64,000 nucleotides of DNA, from assembly GCA_951406725.2 (NCBI GenBank), contig OX597821.1, forward strand, positions 6,696,001 through 6,760,000. The letters are read 5' to 3'. How positions within the stretch are numbered: position 1 is the first letter of the stretch; every line of letters starts with the position of its first letter. The notes beneath the pieces are model-generated. The model saw only the letters and a program-made list of their open reading frames with translations. It was not told the DNA's origin and ran no database searches. Origin of the DNA: Octopus vulgaris (lineage: Eukaryota). Made by a program: the position numbers and the translations under genes. Positions 12,217 through 26,015 of the stretch are shown piece by piece.

Positions 12217-13193
12217 GCTGAGCAGTAGACATGTATTCTTTTTTTTTTTTTTGGGTGGGTTCTAAAGATAACTACTACATTATCGTAACAATTGACGCAA
12301 GTGCTTGAATTTGCATACTTTGTCAACCCATGTTACAATAAATAAGAAAAGCAGATGTTGGAGATGATGAGGTAAAAAAAAAAGGGGGGGAAAGGATTAC
12401 TAATGAGAATAATGTAACATTAGGAATAAAGCATATGGTGAAGATAATATTTTGGTGAAGGTAAGTTCTAGTAATGGTAAAGATAACATTCTGTTTATTA
12501 TAGAGATAATATCATTTTGGTTAAAGTTAGTATCAGAATATAAAGCTAAGAATAGATGGTTTCTTCTTCCTCTTTCGTATTAAGTTTCTTGCTTCTAAGA
12601 AAATGGGAAATTTCTTCAGGTCTTTAGGCTCTGTCTAGTTGCTTACCCTTCTGCACTATTTTAGTACTTGGAGTTCTTTACAATATCTCACCTTTATGAA
12701 GCTGCTTGAGGAAGCCTGCACCTGGTTGTTCAACCTGTTAAAAATAGTAGCTAAATCACTCTGAAATTACATTTAACCATCTTTCATAAAGAAAGGGTAA
12801 TGACTTCAAGATTAATTATGCCCAGAAAAAAAAATGGTTGGGCATCAGTTATAACCTAAATGCCTTTGACCATAGGTCTACCTAATCATTGATGACCTGG
12901 TTCTAAACAACAACTATTAATTCTACCATGACAGTTATTGCTTCTGTAGTATCCATTCCGTTAGGTGAGCAGTTACTGCTTGTTGTTTCTCTAGTAGTTT
13001 AACCAAGGGTCAACTCTGATCAAAACATTCCAGCCATGATCATTCTGTGGTTTTTTGGCAGGTTTATGATGCAGAGGGTGGGAATATCTGGGAGTACACT
13101 ATCTATTGTCATTATCATTATTTAATAACTTTTCATGTATATATATGTGTGTGTGTGTGTTTATATATATATCTATATATATATGTGTGTGTA

Positions 13194-13267
<74 letters not shown>

Positions 13268-15524
13268 CACACACACACACACACATATGAGGGGGGGTGC
13301 TGAAAAGTTCCTGGCTTTCATTTAATATCCACTTTTTCATGTCTGTATGGGTTAGATGGAATGTATTGAGGCAGATTTTCTTCAAATTCCAACCCTTGAC
13401 CTCATCATGGTGGGAAGGTTAAATAATTGAGTATCAGAGCTATGCTGTTAGGGACTTTGAGTCCCTGGTAGGGGGCCACCCAAGGTAGTCACGTCTGGCA
13501 CTGATGGTGCTAGGACTGCAACTCAGCTAACTAGAGGGCAATGGTAAATTCCAGACGGTGTCTGTTCCAGAATCTGGCAGCTTCCTGGTATTGTTGGAAG
13601 ATGACCTGCCAATGGTCATGTATGGTGGCTTACAAATACAGATGGGAAATGTTTTTGTGGCTGCTGATCATCCCTTGAAACGCCTATGAACTCACAACAA
13701 AACAATTGAGATGAAATCAATGGGAACCAGCTTAACCCCTTCCAGGTGAATGCTATTACAAGACAATGCACAACAAAGTTTTCCCATGGCCAGATGCTAT
13801 TCCTGTCATCAACACTCACTTGTTTCCAGCAAGGTATTATTCCTTATGACCAGACGATTCATTAATGGGAGTCTGGAAATGAACAACATGGTTGTATGAT
13901 GACAATGCTTATTTATAACCATGATGTCAAGGCAAGGTTACACACACACACATATAAACAACAGGTTTCTTTCAGTTTCCATCTGCGAAATCTACTCAGA
14001 AAGCTTTGGTTGGTCAATGTAATGGGATTGAACCTGAGACCACATGGTTGGGAAGCAAAATTTTTAACCACATGCCATTAAATATTTATGCTTTAAACAT
14101 TGAAAGAGACTTGGCTGCTGTTTCTAGCAGGTTGATTGGCTAGAACAAGGCTTCTATGTTGGTTTAAGTGACACTCGACATATTTATAGTGGATCAGTTA
14201 AGGTGGTGAATTGACACAGTTGGTAGAGTACCAAAGAGAAGGTTTTTGCAGTATGTGTTAAAAGTCCCTGCACTCTGAGTTCAAATTTTGTCAAGGTCAG
14301 CTTTAGTTTTTTAACCCTTTTGATAGTTTCGACAAAATACTAGTCCATCACTGGGTTTGGTTCTTCTCTTCACCCATCTCTCTCTCTAGGTATATCATGT
14401 AGGGCACCAGAATTTGCTGGGTACACAGTGTTGAGCTTACAGAACATTGAAGCAACTTATATTTATTGGTAGTATACTGTATGTATACACACACACAAAC
14501 ATCTATATATCTATCAAGCTATTTATCTACCTCTCTATATACATACATACATACATACATACATACATACATACACATACACAGATACATATATACATAG
14601 GTACCCATTCCAATTTAAACTGTAGACCCAATGTCTATGTGTGTGTCACCACCACACTTGACAACTGGTATTGGTTTGTTTACATCCCTGTTACTTAACA
14701 GTTTAGCATAAGAAACCAATAGAGTAAGTACCAAACCTAAATAAAAGAATATGTATTGGGGTCAATTCATTTGACTAAGACCCTCCAAGGTGGCCCTCTA
14801 ACATGGCTGCTGTCCAATTACTAAAGCAAGTAAAAGATAAATTTGGTGACAGGGCCTCCTTAAATGAGACCTTATTGGGGTCAGAACTAGCCCTTCAAAG
14901 TTGAGAAGCTTTACTCTTTAAATACCACAAGGACAATGCCAGACCAGTCAATTAATTATTGCACAAATGAATTTCTGAAAATTACTATCTCGTTAAATAC
15001 CAGGCCAGTCATAGCATTGCTTAACATTTGTAATCTGTATCCAAGTTACAATTGCTTATGTTGCTTCAGCTTACAATTTGCTGGAAACACATAAATATTG
15101 TTTTTATCAGATATTCATTACTGCTAACAGTAGCTTTACCATTTCAGCAATTTGCAAAAATTAACAGTTGTTAAGAAAGCCATAAATACCATCTCGGGAA
15201 AATAGGTCTCCATCTCAGAATCTGTAAATATTTAGCAAGAATATGGAAATATATACTTAAATATTGAAACAATGCATTGTTTTCTTCTAAATAACCATTC
15301 TCCGTAGACTTTTGATGATAATAATATCGTGTCCCCTGTGAAATAGTTTGACATTTTGGAATGGGGTGTGATTGTAGTTGTTTAACTAAAAGGAAATTAG
15401 TATTTGTTTTGGGGACATTTTTCTGCAAATTTGAAAAAAAAATAATTTAAAAGGGGGTGAGAAAGCGAGCAAGGAGTTGAGAAAGAAAGTCATCTCAACA
15501 AAATCTGTAAACTGACTATATCCC

Positions 15525-15857
15525 ATTAACCCACATAGCACTCCACATTATATCATAACATATCACTCAACATTATAACACTCCAGTTCACTTGACATAA
15601 CTCCAACCTACACTGATCTGCATTATATAATGCACTCCTTCATATTGTATCATTGCACATCATTCCACATTATAACACTCCATTCCACTTTATATTGCTC
15701 TACTCAACATTATATATACCCAGTTCTACTGTATATAACACTCCACTCCATATTGCAACATTATAAAACATTATACAACAAACCACTCCAGGTTTTATAA
15801 CACACTACATCACTCTATATTACTGAACAAACAGCTCCATATTATAATGCTCTAGGG
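15525..15857 (+). repeat. Degenerate short-period tandem repeat (cactccacattatataa-like)
   Basis: Recurrent cactcc..cattata motifs; similar motifs resume at about 16383-16435 after the insertions. Confidence 0.6.
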
Positions 15858-16080
15858 CAGTGCTTTACAAACTTTTTGCTGGAGTGGAACCCCAAGGAAA
15901 CATTCCACTGGCTCGAGGAACCCCTGTGCAATAATTTAATAGTCTTATGCGCACATATCTGCACAGGAGAATTAAAAATTACTCCCAATTTTAGACGTTT
16001 TGTGACTTCTTGCGGAACCCCTGGACTGTACTGGCGGAACCCCTGGATTATACTGGCGGAACCCTGGTTGAAAACCACTG
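15858..16080. mobile_element. hAT (Charlie-type) MITE with 8-bp target site duplication
   Basis: Ends cagtgctttacaaac / ggttgaaaaccactg; exact ctctaggg at 15850-15857 and 16081-16088; internal ggaacccc subrepeats. Confidence 0.85.
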
Positions 16081-16517
16081 CTCTAGGGTAATGACTATGG
16101 GATTCCTCTCCAAGGTGCAAGTCTGGGCAAGGTTGTTTATGGAAGACTAGCAGTTGCCCATGCATACCAGCCTCCTCTCTCCACACCACTGATGTCATCC
16201 AATGTAAAGGCAAACGTCGATACAGCTTGGCACCAGTAATGTCACAACTCATTTCTACAGCTGAGTGAACTGGAGCAATGTGGAATAAAGTGTCTTGCTC
16301 AAGAACACAACACTTTAGCCTGGTCTGGGAATTGAAGTCACTACCTCATGATTGCGAGCTCGAAGCTCTAACCACTGAGCCATACTCTACTCTCCTCTAT
16401 AAGGTACCACCACTCCACTGTTATATATTGCATACTGTTTCCCTTTCCTTTAACTCTTATCACTAAACGAATCCTGCTGAGAGTAACTGATGCTAATTAG
16501 ATGCACAGATGCAACAT

Positions 16518-16601
<84 letters not shown>

Positions 16602-17543
16602 CAGGAACAACATACCCGACAACTACAACAATATAGACACCCCTCTCTTTTTCCTATCTCTCTCACACACACATGTCTGTTAGACATCCTTCCCTTCATT
16701 GTCCTCCAAGCATGCTTCCTAAAGTGAAGATGTCAGTATAGTTTGGAAATGAAGGATGCCAGAGCTAAAAGTGGGTAGGGCCACTTTAAACATATTGTGC
16801 AGCTCGGGTTCCAGTTCTATAGGTGGGGCAGGTGAAATTAGATCAGAGAACACACTATTGATATCTCCAGGACTTTGCTTATTAACGCAAAATTAAACTG
16901 GCTGTGTTGATCTTTCTTTCCCTTCTAAGACACAGGCATGGCTGTGTGGTTAAGAAGTACACCATCCGACTACGTGGCTTCAGGTTCAATCCCACCTTGG
17001 ACAAGTGTCTTTGGGTCAACTAATGCATTGGTTTTCCTACCAGCAAATACCGAGAGGCCATCCTACAAAAAAAAAAAAAAATAAATAACTGGATATTGTT
17101 TTTGTTCCTTTCTTCCTTTTTATTAAACAAGAAAACAAAATAGTGTTTTCATCATTATAATCTTTCTTTCTTCATCATGGCATTGGACAATCTAAGGGCA
17201 TCTCTATCTGTCTGTCTTTCTGTGTCATACATGTTTTACACAGGCATCAGTGATCATGGGTCACTTTGCTAAATTCTGAAGTATCATGGTGTTCCTTGAG
17301 AAAGCTACGGCAGTGGTTCCCCATTGCCTTCAACTGGGTAATTTACAAATTACTCAGTGAATTTCCTACTTTCCTGAGCTTACTCCTGAGATGCTGGGTC
17401 TATTTAACCATTAGGCAGGGAGACTGATTCCCATGACATTCGGGAATGTCCTATCACCAGTGGGACTATGAGACACATGTCTAATGGCCCGGCCCTCCTA
17501 CCAATCCCATATGCCATAGCCACCATCTTTATATTATAAATTA

Positions 17544-17942
17544 CTAGCAGTATCGCCCGGCGTTGCTCGGGTTTGTAAGGGAAATAACTATATAAGCATT
17601 TTTAGAGATGTAAAGTATAATAGCCATCTCAATATGGCTAACCACAAAGGGGGGCGGTGTTACTGTAGCTTTTTACGTTCTGAGATTTAATAATAAATTT
17701 TTAGAGAGTTACTTCCCTTATATATGCCAAAAATGCATTAAAAATGGGAAAAATTGATGGTAAATTTTCTTTTAAAATCGTAGACTCATCGTAGATGCAC
17801 GCTAATACCCAGAAGGGCTCGATATGAATCACGACTATACGATACCCGCTTTTGGTTAAACTGCACCGCAAAATGTGGGAGTTGTTAGGAATCTAAATCG
17901 TAGGAGACAGACAGCACACAACCTCACTTTTATATATAAAGA
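17544..17942 (-). mobile_element. Non-autonomous Helitron (about 400 bp)
   Basis: Minus strand begins a|TCtttatatataaaag and ends cccgagcaacgccggg (hairpin) cgatactg CTAG|t; inserted between A and T with no TSD. Confidence 0.85.
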
Positions 17943-18675
17943 TATTCAGGTAATAAGTGAGCAGAATTGTTAGCATGCCAGGCAAAATGCTTTCTGGCAT
18001 TTTGTCCATCTTTACATTCTGAGTTCAAGTTTTGTTGAGGTCAACTTTGCCTATCATCCTTTCAGGATCGATGAAAAAGAGCACCAGTTGATGAAATAGA
18101 GTACCACTGGGGTCAATGTAAGTGACTAGTCCCCACCTCCTAAATTTCAGGCTTTGTGTCTATAGTAGAAAGGATTATTATCAAACATAACACTTTGTCT
18201 GCCTCTTTTGCAATACTCCTGATGGACATTCCTTATATGAACCACTAGACTAATGCTTTGTTGGAAACTGTATGGAAGCCTGTCAGACCATTTCCTGTTA
18301 TTGCAACACCACCACCTGGTGTTTTTGGTGCCTTCAGTGAGAGTCCACTTTGTTCAATTTTCTTGGCTAGGTCTCTAGTCTGAAGATAACATGTTCCCAT
18401 CCTCCCAAGGGTCTGGGTGACCCAGAAATGAGGCCATGGATACTACCCTTTCCTTGTTTGACTAAATTATTAACCCCACTCCCCACCCCACAAAAAAGAA
18501 CCCCTTTAATACTCTCAGAAAAATTTGCTCTGTTGATTTTTCTTGTTTTCTTTCTTAGATAGATCTAATTCCAGGAAAAAATGGTTTGGCTCAGGGCCAA
18601 AAGGATTTTGTTACTGGGGTATGGGAAACAGATTTCTTCAGTATTTATGATTCATTTTTTTCTTTTTTTTTTTCA

Positions 18676-18719
<44 letters not shown>

Positions 18720-19189
18720 TGCATGTGTGTGTGTGTGTGTGTGTGTGTATCCAGGGTTGGGGGTGATTGGTTTGCTTATGTTTCTTAGTTTTGAATTTCA
18801 ATGTATCCATCTGTTAAAAATACTGAGATCTTTCTATGTAGCTGTTTGGTTTGTTAGAAATAGTAATCAAATATCCTTCATATAATGTCCCACCAATTTA
18901 CAGAAGAACATATTAGATAAAATAGCCCTAGGTTCCTTAACACAGAATGAGAAGACAAGGGTGAAATGATCATGGCTTGAATGCCTTTGTTCATAGGTCT
19001 GTTTATTCAGGTCTGGTCCAGGATTAAACAACATGTAACATAGTAGTTGTTGTTGATAAGGATGCTGTGCAGGCACCTTCCATATTCAGTGTGGTACTTA
19101 TTCTATCAGTCTCTTTTGTTGAACTGCTATGTTATGGGGGACATAAACCAACCAACACCAGTTGTTGAGTAATATTGAGGAGACAAACA

Positions 19190-19400
19190 AGGCAGCAAGC
19201 TGGCAGAAACGTTAGCATGCTGGGTGGAGTGCTTAGCAGTATTTCATCTGTCTTTGTGTTCTGAGTTCAAATTCTGCTGAGGTCAACTTTTCCTTTCATC
19301 CTTTCAGAGTCGATAAATTAAGTACCAGTTGCGTACTGGGGTCGATCTATTCAACTGGCCCCCTCCCCCAAAATTTTGGACCTTGTGCCAAGAGTAGAAA
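19190..19400 (+). mobile_element. tRNA-derived SINE, second family; copies at about 17955, 36279, 42167, 49654, 50513, 58625, and minus copies at 42585-43205 and 63390-63550
   Basis: aggcagcaagctggcagaaacgttagca...ctgagttcaaattc (B-box-like)...tttcatcctttc...aagtaccag repeated across the window. Confidence 0.8.
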
Positions 19401-21299
19401 ATATTGGGGAGACAAACATGGTGCCCCAGCATGACCACAGGTTTGAGCTGAAACTGATTAAAATCACCATCATCATCATCATTGTTTAACATCCATTTTC
19501 CATGCTGGCATGGGTTGGACGGTTTGACTGAGGTCTGGAGAGCCAGTGGCTGCACCAGGCTCCAATCTGATCTGGCAATGTTTCTACAGCTGGATGCCCT
19601 TCCTAACGCCAACCACTCCAAGAGTGTAGTGGGTGCTTTTTATGTGCCACCGGCACAGGAGCCAGTCAGGCAGGCCTGGCATCGATCACATTCAGATAGT
19701 GCTTTTTACGTGCCACCAGCATGGGTGTCAGTCAGGGGGCACTGGCATCGGCCACGTTCAGATGGTACTTTTTATGTGCCACTGGCATGGGAGTCAGTCA
19801 AGCAGGTCTGGCATCAACCATGTTCGGATGGTGCTTAGTATATATATATAAGAGAGAGAGATGCACATATGATGGGCTTCCACAATTTCCTTCTACCAAA
19901 TTCATTTGCAATCCACTGGTCAGACCAGGTCTAAATTAGAGGAGACTTGCCCAAGATGCCATGCAGTTGGACTGGGCCTGACACCACATGGTTGCAAACC
20001 AGGCTTCTTAACCGCAAAGTCATGCCTGCACCAGACGTTTGCAAGTCTACTAAATGATTCCCAGCTTTTCCATTGGTGAGGTTGACTTCTCTGCCATTGT
20101 CTCCATCAGAACATATACAACCCAAATAAATAAAATTGGGGACATTTCTTAATTATCTACTTTGATCATTATTATCACTCTGACAAAAATCATTCATAGC
20201 TTTCCACTTAATTACATTAACATGTAAGCCAATATTTTTCAATTGCAGTCTTTACAGAGTTTGTATGTTTGCAAACTATCTTCATCTTTTTCCTGTTAAT
20301 ACAATCTTCAAAAATCCAAATCAAATGACATTTTGTCATTTTCCCATATGAGTCCATGTCCTTCCTAGTCTAAAATCTATATCAACACAAAAGCAGAATG
20401 GAGACAGAACACAACCCTGTCTGACATTAATTTCAACAGCAAAGCACACTGTGTTTCTCTCACTCAACATCTACACAATTTATAACCTTTTTGAAACAAT
20501 ATTTTATATCTTTTACTTGTTTCAGTCATTAGATTGTGGCCACCTTGTTTACTAATTTTTCGGTTAGTCCTTAAATTCTGACCTTTTTTTCCCCCTATTT
20601 ACTTGTTTTGGACATTTGGCTGCAGCCATGCTGGGGCACTACCTCAAAAGGTTTTTTAGTCACACATATTGACCCCAGGACTTTTTGTAAAGCCTAGTAC
20701 TTATTCTATTGGTCGCTTTTGCCAAACCACTAAGTTATGGGGACATAAACACACTAACATCAGTTGTAGGGCACAGACACATACACACACACTAACATCA
20801 GTTGTGGGGCACAGACACATACACACACACTAACATCAGTTGTGGGGCACAGACACATACACACACACACACATATACATATATATATATACATACATAC
20901 GATGGGCTTTTCTCAGTTTGCATCTACCAAATCCACTTACAAGGCTTTGGTTGGTATGAAGCTATAGCAGAAAACACTTGCCCAAGATATCACCCGCTGG
21001 GACTGAACCTGTAATCATGTGACTGGGAAGCTAGCCTCTTACCACACAGCCATACCTGCACCTATAATGTTTTTTGTTGTTTTTTTTCTACATAGTATTT
21101 TTGTCTACATTTTCAGAAGCCTTCTGGAAATCTACAAGGTTAATGGTTGCTGCAACTTCTACTGGTTTATCTCCCTAAGAAGTTTTGAGTTATACATTGC
21201 AAAGCAAATATGGCATCAGTACATTGTCTCTTTTCATGACCTCTAAATTGTTGGTCTCTGAAAATTAGTCTTTTTGTTTTTCATCCTTTACTCTCTCTT

Positions 21300-21695
21300 T
21301 TTACTCTTTTACTTGTTTCAGTCATTTGACTGCGGCCATGCTGGAGCACCGCCTTTAGTCGAACAAATCGACCCCGGGACTTATTCTTTGTAAGCCCAGT
21401 ACTTATTCTATCGGTCTCTTTTGCTGAACCGCTAAGTGACGGGGACATAAACACACCAGCATCGGTTGTCAAGCAATGCTAGGGGGACAAACACAGACAC
21501 ACGCACATACATATATATATATATACATATATACGACAGGCTTCTTTCAGTTTCCGTCTACCAAATACACTCACAAGGCTTTGGTCGGCCCGAGGCTATA
21601 GCAGAAGACACTTGCCCAAGATGCCACACAGTGGGACTGAACCCGGAACCATGTGGTTGGTAAACAAGCTACTTACCACACAGCCATTCCTGCAC
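21300..21695 (-). mobile_element. tRNA-derived SINE, near full length; copies at about 20600-21062, 23190-23630, 29800-30150(+), 34615-34990, 39310-39680, 59035-59440, 61400-61815, 62520-63200
   Basis: Minus strand starts ggtgcaggaatggctgtgtggtaagtagcttg...ggttccgggttcagtccc (A/B box-like), has an internal TA/CA microsatellite and an aagagt-type tail; highly similar to 61400-61815. Confidence 0.88.
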
Positions 21696-23937
21696 CTTTA
21701 ACATAGTCACTAAAAGCTGCTTGTTGGTCACTTACAAGTTTCACTCATTCTGGTTTGGCATTTTCTCGTCACACCAGATCATATTACATAGGTTAATTAA
21801 GTAGTGTTATCTTAATTGCTTCCTTTTCTCTCTCTGTGTGTGTGTGTGTGTGTGTTGTAAAGGTAAGGGTAAAGTTACCTTCTCGAGTCATGTTAACTCA
21901 TAAGCCGAACCATTGGTCCCCCTCCCCCCACCAGTTTCTATGATGTATGTATTCCCCACCCAGATGGCACCCCAGTCCATCGCAGTGTTACTCATTTTTG
22001 CCACCTGAGTGGACTGAAGCAACACGAAATGAAGTGTTTTGCTCAAGAATACAATACGTTGCCCGGTCCAGGAATTGAAACCACAATCTTATGATCATAA
22101 GTCCAACACCCTAATCACAAAGCCACGTGCCTCCACTCTATGTGTGTGTGTGTGTGTCAGTGTGTGAATGAAACTGTGATGATGATGATGATGTTTATTT
22201 TGCCTGCGCATAATTGCTGACCCTCTACTTTTGAAGACCAATAAAATTAAAATCCCTTACATGAAAAGCAGGTAAGGTATGGCAATAGGAAGGGCATCAT
22301 GCCATAAAATGCTGCCTTAGATATTTCTTCTCCCTTCCCCCCACCCCCAACCACCCCCACTCCAGCCCATGCCAACATTGCAAAACAGAAAATATAAACA
22401 ATCAAATTGACTGAGATAGTTGGAACTAAAGAATCGGAAACCAACAAAGAAACAAAAAAAACCAAAGTAGAAACAAACTAAAAACATTTTATATTCAATC
22501 TTCAGTCAGTAAAATATATCATCATCATCATCCTCATCGTTTAGCGTCCGCTTTCCATGCTAGCATGGGTTGGACAGTTCAACTGGGGTCTGGGAAGCCA
22601 GAAGGCTGCATCAGGCCCAGTCTGATCTGGCAGTGTTTCTACGGCTGGATGCCCTTCCTAACGTAAACCACTCCGTGAGTGTAGTGGGTGCTTTTTACGT
22701 GCCACCCGCACAGGTGCCAGACAGAGCTGTCAGACGGCCACGGACGGATGGTGCTTTTTACGTGCCACTGGCACGGGGGCCAGGCGAGGCTGGCAACGGC
22801 CATGATCAGATGGTGCTTTTTACGTGCCACCAGCACGATGCAAAAAAAAAATAAAACAGGATATTGATTATAGTTCTGAACAACACAGGTATGGGGGAGG
22901 GGTAGAGAAACTATGAGAATATTCAATTAACGAATCATTGTGCAACTCTTGTCTCTTTTTAATGGTTTGCTTTAAATGTTAAAAAAAAAATGGCCGTCAG
23001 CAATTGTTAAATTTCTGATCTTCCATTCGGTAACTCAGACGGAAGCCATTTCATCCTAGATAGAGAATGACCCCCTGATGAGGTGCATGTATGGACATGT
23101 TCCTTTACACGACTGTTAAGGTAGCTCACAGTACTATTGATGAAATATCGGCTGCATTTATAAAATATGTGTATATACCCTATAAACATATCTTTTATCT
23201 TTTACTTATTTCAGCCAGGTCTAAAGTAGAGGACACTTGCTCAAGATGCCAGGCTGTGGCACTGCCTTGAAAGATTTTTGGTCAAATGAATTGACCCCAC
23301 TACTTCCTTGTTTTTTAAGCCTGATACTTATTTTATCGATCTCTATTGCTAAACCATTAAGTTACGGGGATGTAAACACACCAACACTGGCTTTTAAGTG
23401 GTAGCAGGGGACAAACACACACAGACACTCACACTCACACACACACACACACACACACACATACATACAATAGGCTTCTTTCAGTTTCTGTCTACCAAAT
23501 TCACTCACAAGGCTTTGGTCAGCCCAAGACTATAGCAGAAGACACTTGCCCAGTGTGCCACACAGTGGGACTGAACCTGGAACCATGTGGTTGGGAAGCA
23601 GACTTCTTAAACACACAGCCATGTTTGTGCCATGACCCTATTATTGCTAAACCAGTTGGCCATTGTATAAACAGCATTGCTGTCATAGAGAGGCAGGTGG
23701 TACCCAGACTGTCATTTCCTTAGGAAATGCTCAGGGTGCACCACTTGTATATTCAGTTGCTCCCTATGGAACTCTTGACAGATTGCAGTGGTAATCCTAT
23801 CGTTAAGCATTAAACTGTGTCAATTTTAGGAAGCAAATGTTGTTATTGGAGCTGTTAATCTTTTTGTAAATATATACGTACTTATATTCATATGTATTTT
23901 TTCTTTTTGTGAAGTTATGTATAAAAGTAATTTAAAA

Positions 23938-24166
23938 TTAACCCTTTCAATACCAGCCTGACTGAAACTGCCTCAGGTTCTGTAGTACAAATGTCTGGTT
24001 TTCATAAGTTTTGAATGAAAATCTTCCACCAAACCTTGGTCACGATTTATGTTCCTAACACTAGCTGAATGATAACTAAGTTATTTTACTAAATTCTTTG
24101 TTATATTTAAAATTAATTGAAATAAACTCAGAGCATCTCAAAATAAATACAGTAACGAGAGGATTA
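23938..24166. mobile_element. TTAA-type MITE, same family as 49905-50520 and partial 49445-49548
   Basis: ttaaccctttc...gagaggattaa; internal gtacaaatgtct.gttttcataagttttgaat.aaaatcttccac shared with 49951-49995. Confidence 0.7.
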
Positions 24167-24374
24167 AGCTAAAGAATTAATCAATACTTCTTAGTAAAGT
24201 ACATAGTTATTCAACTTGTACAAGAAAGGAGGTGACAGTAACTTCGAAGTGTTCATCCTGTATAGTATAATAAAAAGGCTAGCAGGCTAGAACTTCGAAG
24301 TCACTCTCAACTCTTTTGTTGTAAAAGTTGAATAACCATGTATTTCATTATGAAGTGTTGTGTAATTCTTTAGT

Positions 24375-24602
24375 TTAACCTTTTAGCCTTCAGATCATTT
24401 TGTCACACGTAATGCTTATTGATTCACATTTTTTGGAATTAAGCATGGATTATCTCATATCTTTGAGATTTTGATGATGCGATTGTTTATTTTTAGAATA
24501 ACATTGTAGGGTTGGTGCGAGAGCCTGAATCTCATCAGTTTGAACATAAAACAGACGGAATATTTTTGACAGTTATGGCCGGTTTAAATGCTAAAGGGTT
24601 AA
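24375..24602. mobile_element. TTAA-type MITE, second family (as 10740-10963)
   Basis: ttaaccttttagc...gctaaagggttaa terminal inverted repeats bounded by TTAA. Confidence 0.75.
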
Positions 24603-24886
24603 TATTAAATTGCTTTTATACATAACTTCACAAACAGAAAAAAACATCTATGAAGTCAGTGTCAGCCCTTTTTCTTGAAAATGTTTTATGAGCACACACA
24701 CACATTATTAAAATATTTTATATCAATGATAATTGATAAAGTGAGAGCATTCTTAATATTTCTGTAGATTGTGTTCCTGTATTTGTTTAAATAACTCTAC
24801 ACTATGGAGCAGCTTTGTACAAAACTGCTATTTCTCAGAGATTGTTTTTTTTTGCCACATGCAATCCTTAATGCTTTTTCACCTGA

Positions 24887-25049
24887 ACATACATACATAC
24901 ATACATACATACATACATACATACATACATACATACATACATACATACATACATACATACATACATACATACATACATACATACATACATACATACATAC
25001 ATACATACATACATACATACATACATACATACATACATACATACATACA
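24887..25049 (+). repeat. (ACAT)n microsatellite
   Basis: Perfect tetranucleotide run of about 160 bp. Confidence 0.97.
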
Positions 25050-25355
25050 AACAAACATGTATGTATGTAATGAGGATAACAATAATAATAAAAAAATAAA
25101 TATAAATACATAAAGGCCCATATATAATTTCATATTTCCTTTCTAAAGTTAGTGACAGGAAATACTTTACACACGAACAGCAACAACAACAACACAATAT
25201 TCAGTGAAACTTGTACTTGCACTCACTCACCCTTCCTTCTGCTAATTTTCAATTTTATAAAATTCAGCAATAATTAGGATTACTCAGTCAACCCCCCCCC
25301 TCCACGTGCATATATTTATATGCACATTTCACTGTCTCCCTATGTGTGTATGTGA

Positions 25356-25426
<71 letters not shown>

Positions 25427-26015
25427 TATATACACATACAAATACATGTACACACATACATGCATCTACATATATATTTATATATTATTTGTATATAATT
25501 ATATACACATACGTAACATGTAGTTTTATGTTTGATCCCACTCATAATGTTTATATGATTATCAAGCATGATAATACTGTCAGGTGGGACTGTCCAAGAA
25601 GCATGCCAACAAACAAAACCTTTTTGCATACATGTCCAAGCATTGTTGTCTCATGAAACAGCTGTTCTTGTGTGTAGGACAGATTTAGCTCTCAGCCTAG
25701 TTCTTCTTGAGAATGGCTGTACACTTTCTTTGGTTGGAAAGGTAGATTTATTCTGTCTAGTGGTTAATGCTGAAGGATATCATATAGTGTGCAAGATTGA
25801 AAGGAATGAGGACAGGCACTTTTCCTCTTCAGCCCAGTTCTTCATCAACTTCAAGTTCCACATGGAATTGAAGGCGTTAGTGAAGAAAGAGGTAATAACC
25901 TCCATTGAATTAACTAAAGGGTGGATGAGAATGGGTCACATGAATACAGCTACATTCAGCATGTTAAAGTACATTACCTTGAGAGATCACTTGTTAGTTG
26001 TTAGCCCTCTTACAA

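Larger units (their letters stand above)
23888..24654. repeat. Long imperfect palindrome interrupted in each arm by a TTAA-type MITE
   Basis: Outer arms tttgtgaagttatgtataaaagtaatttaa / ttaaattgcttttatacataacttcacaaa; inner arms 24163-24250 / 24292-24378. Confidence 0.8.
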
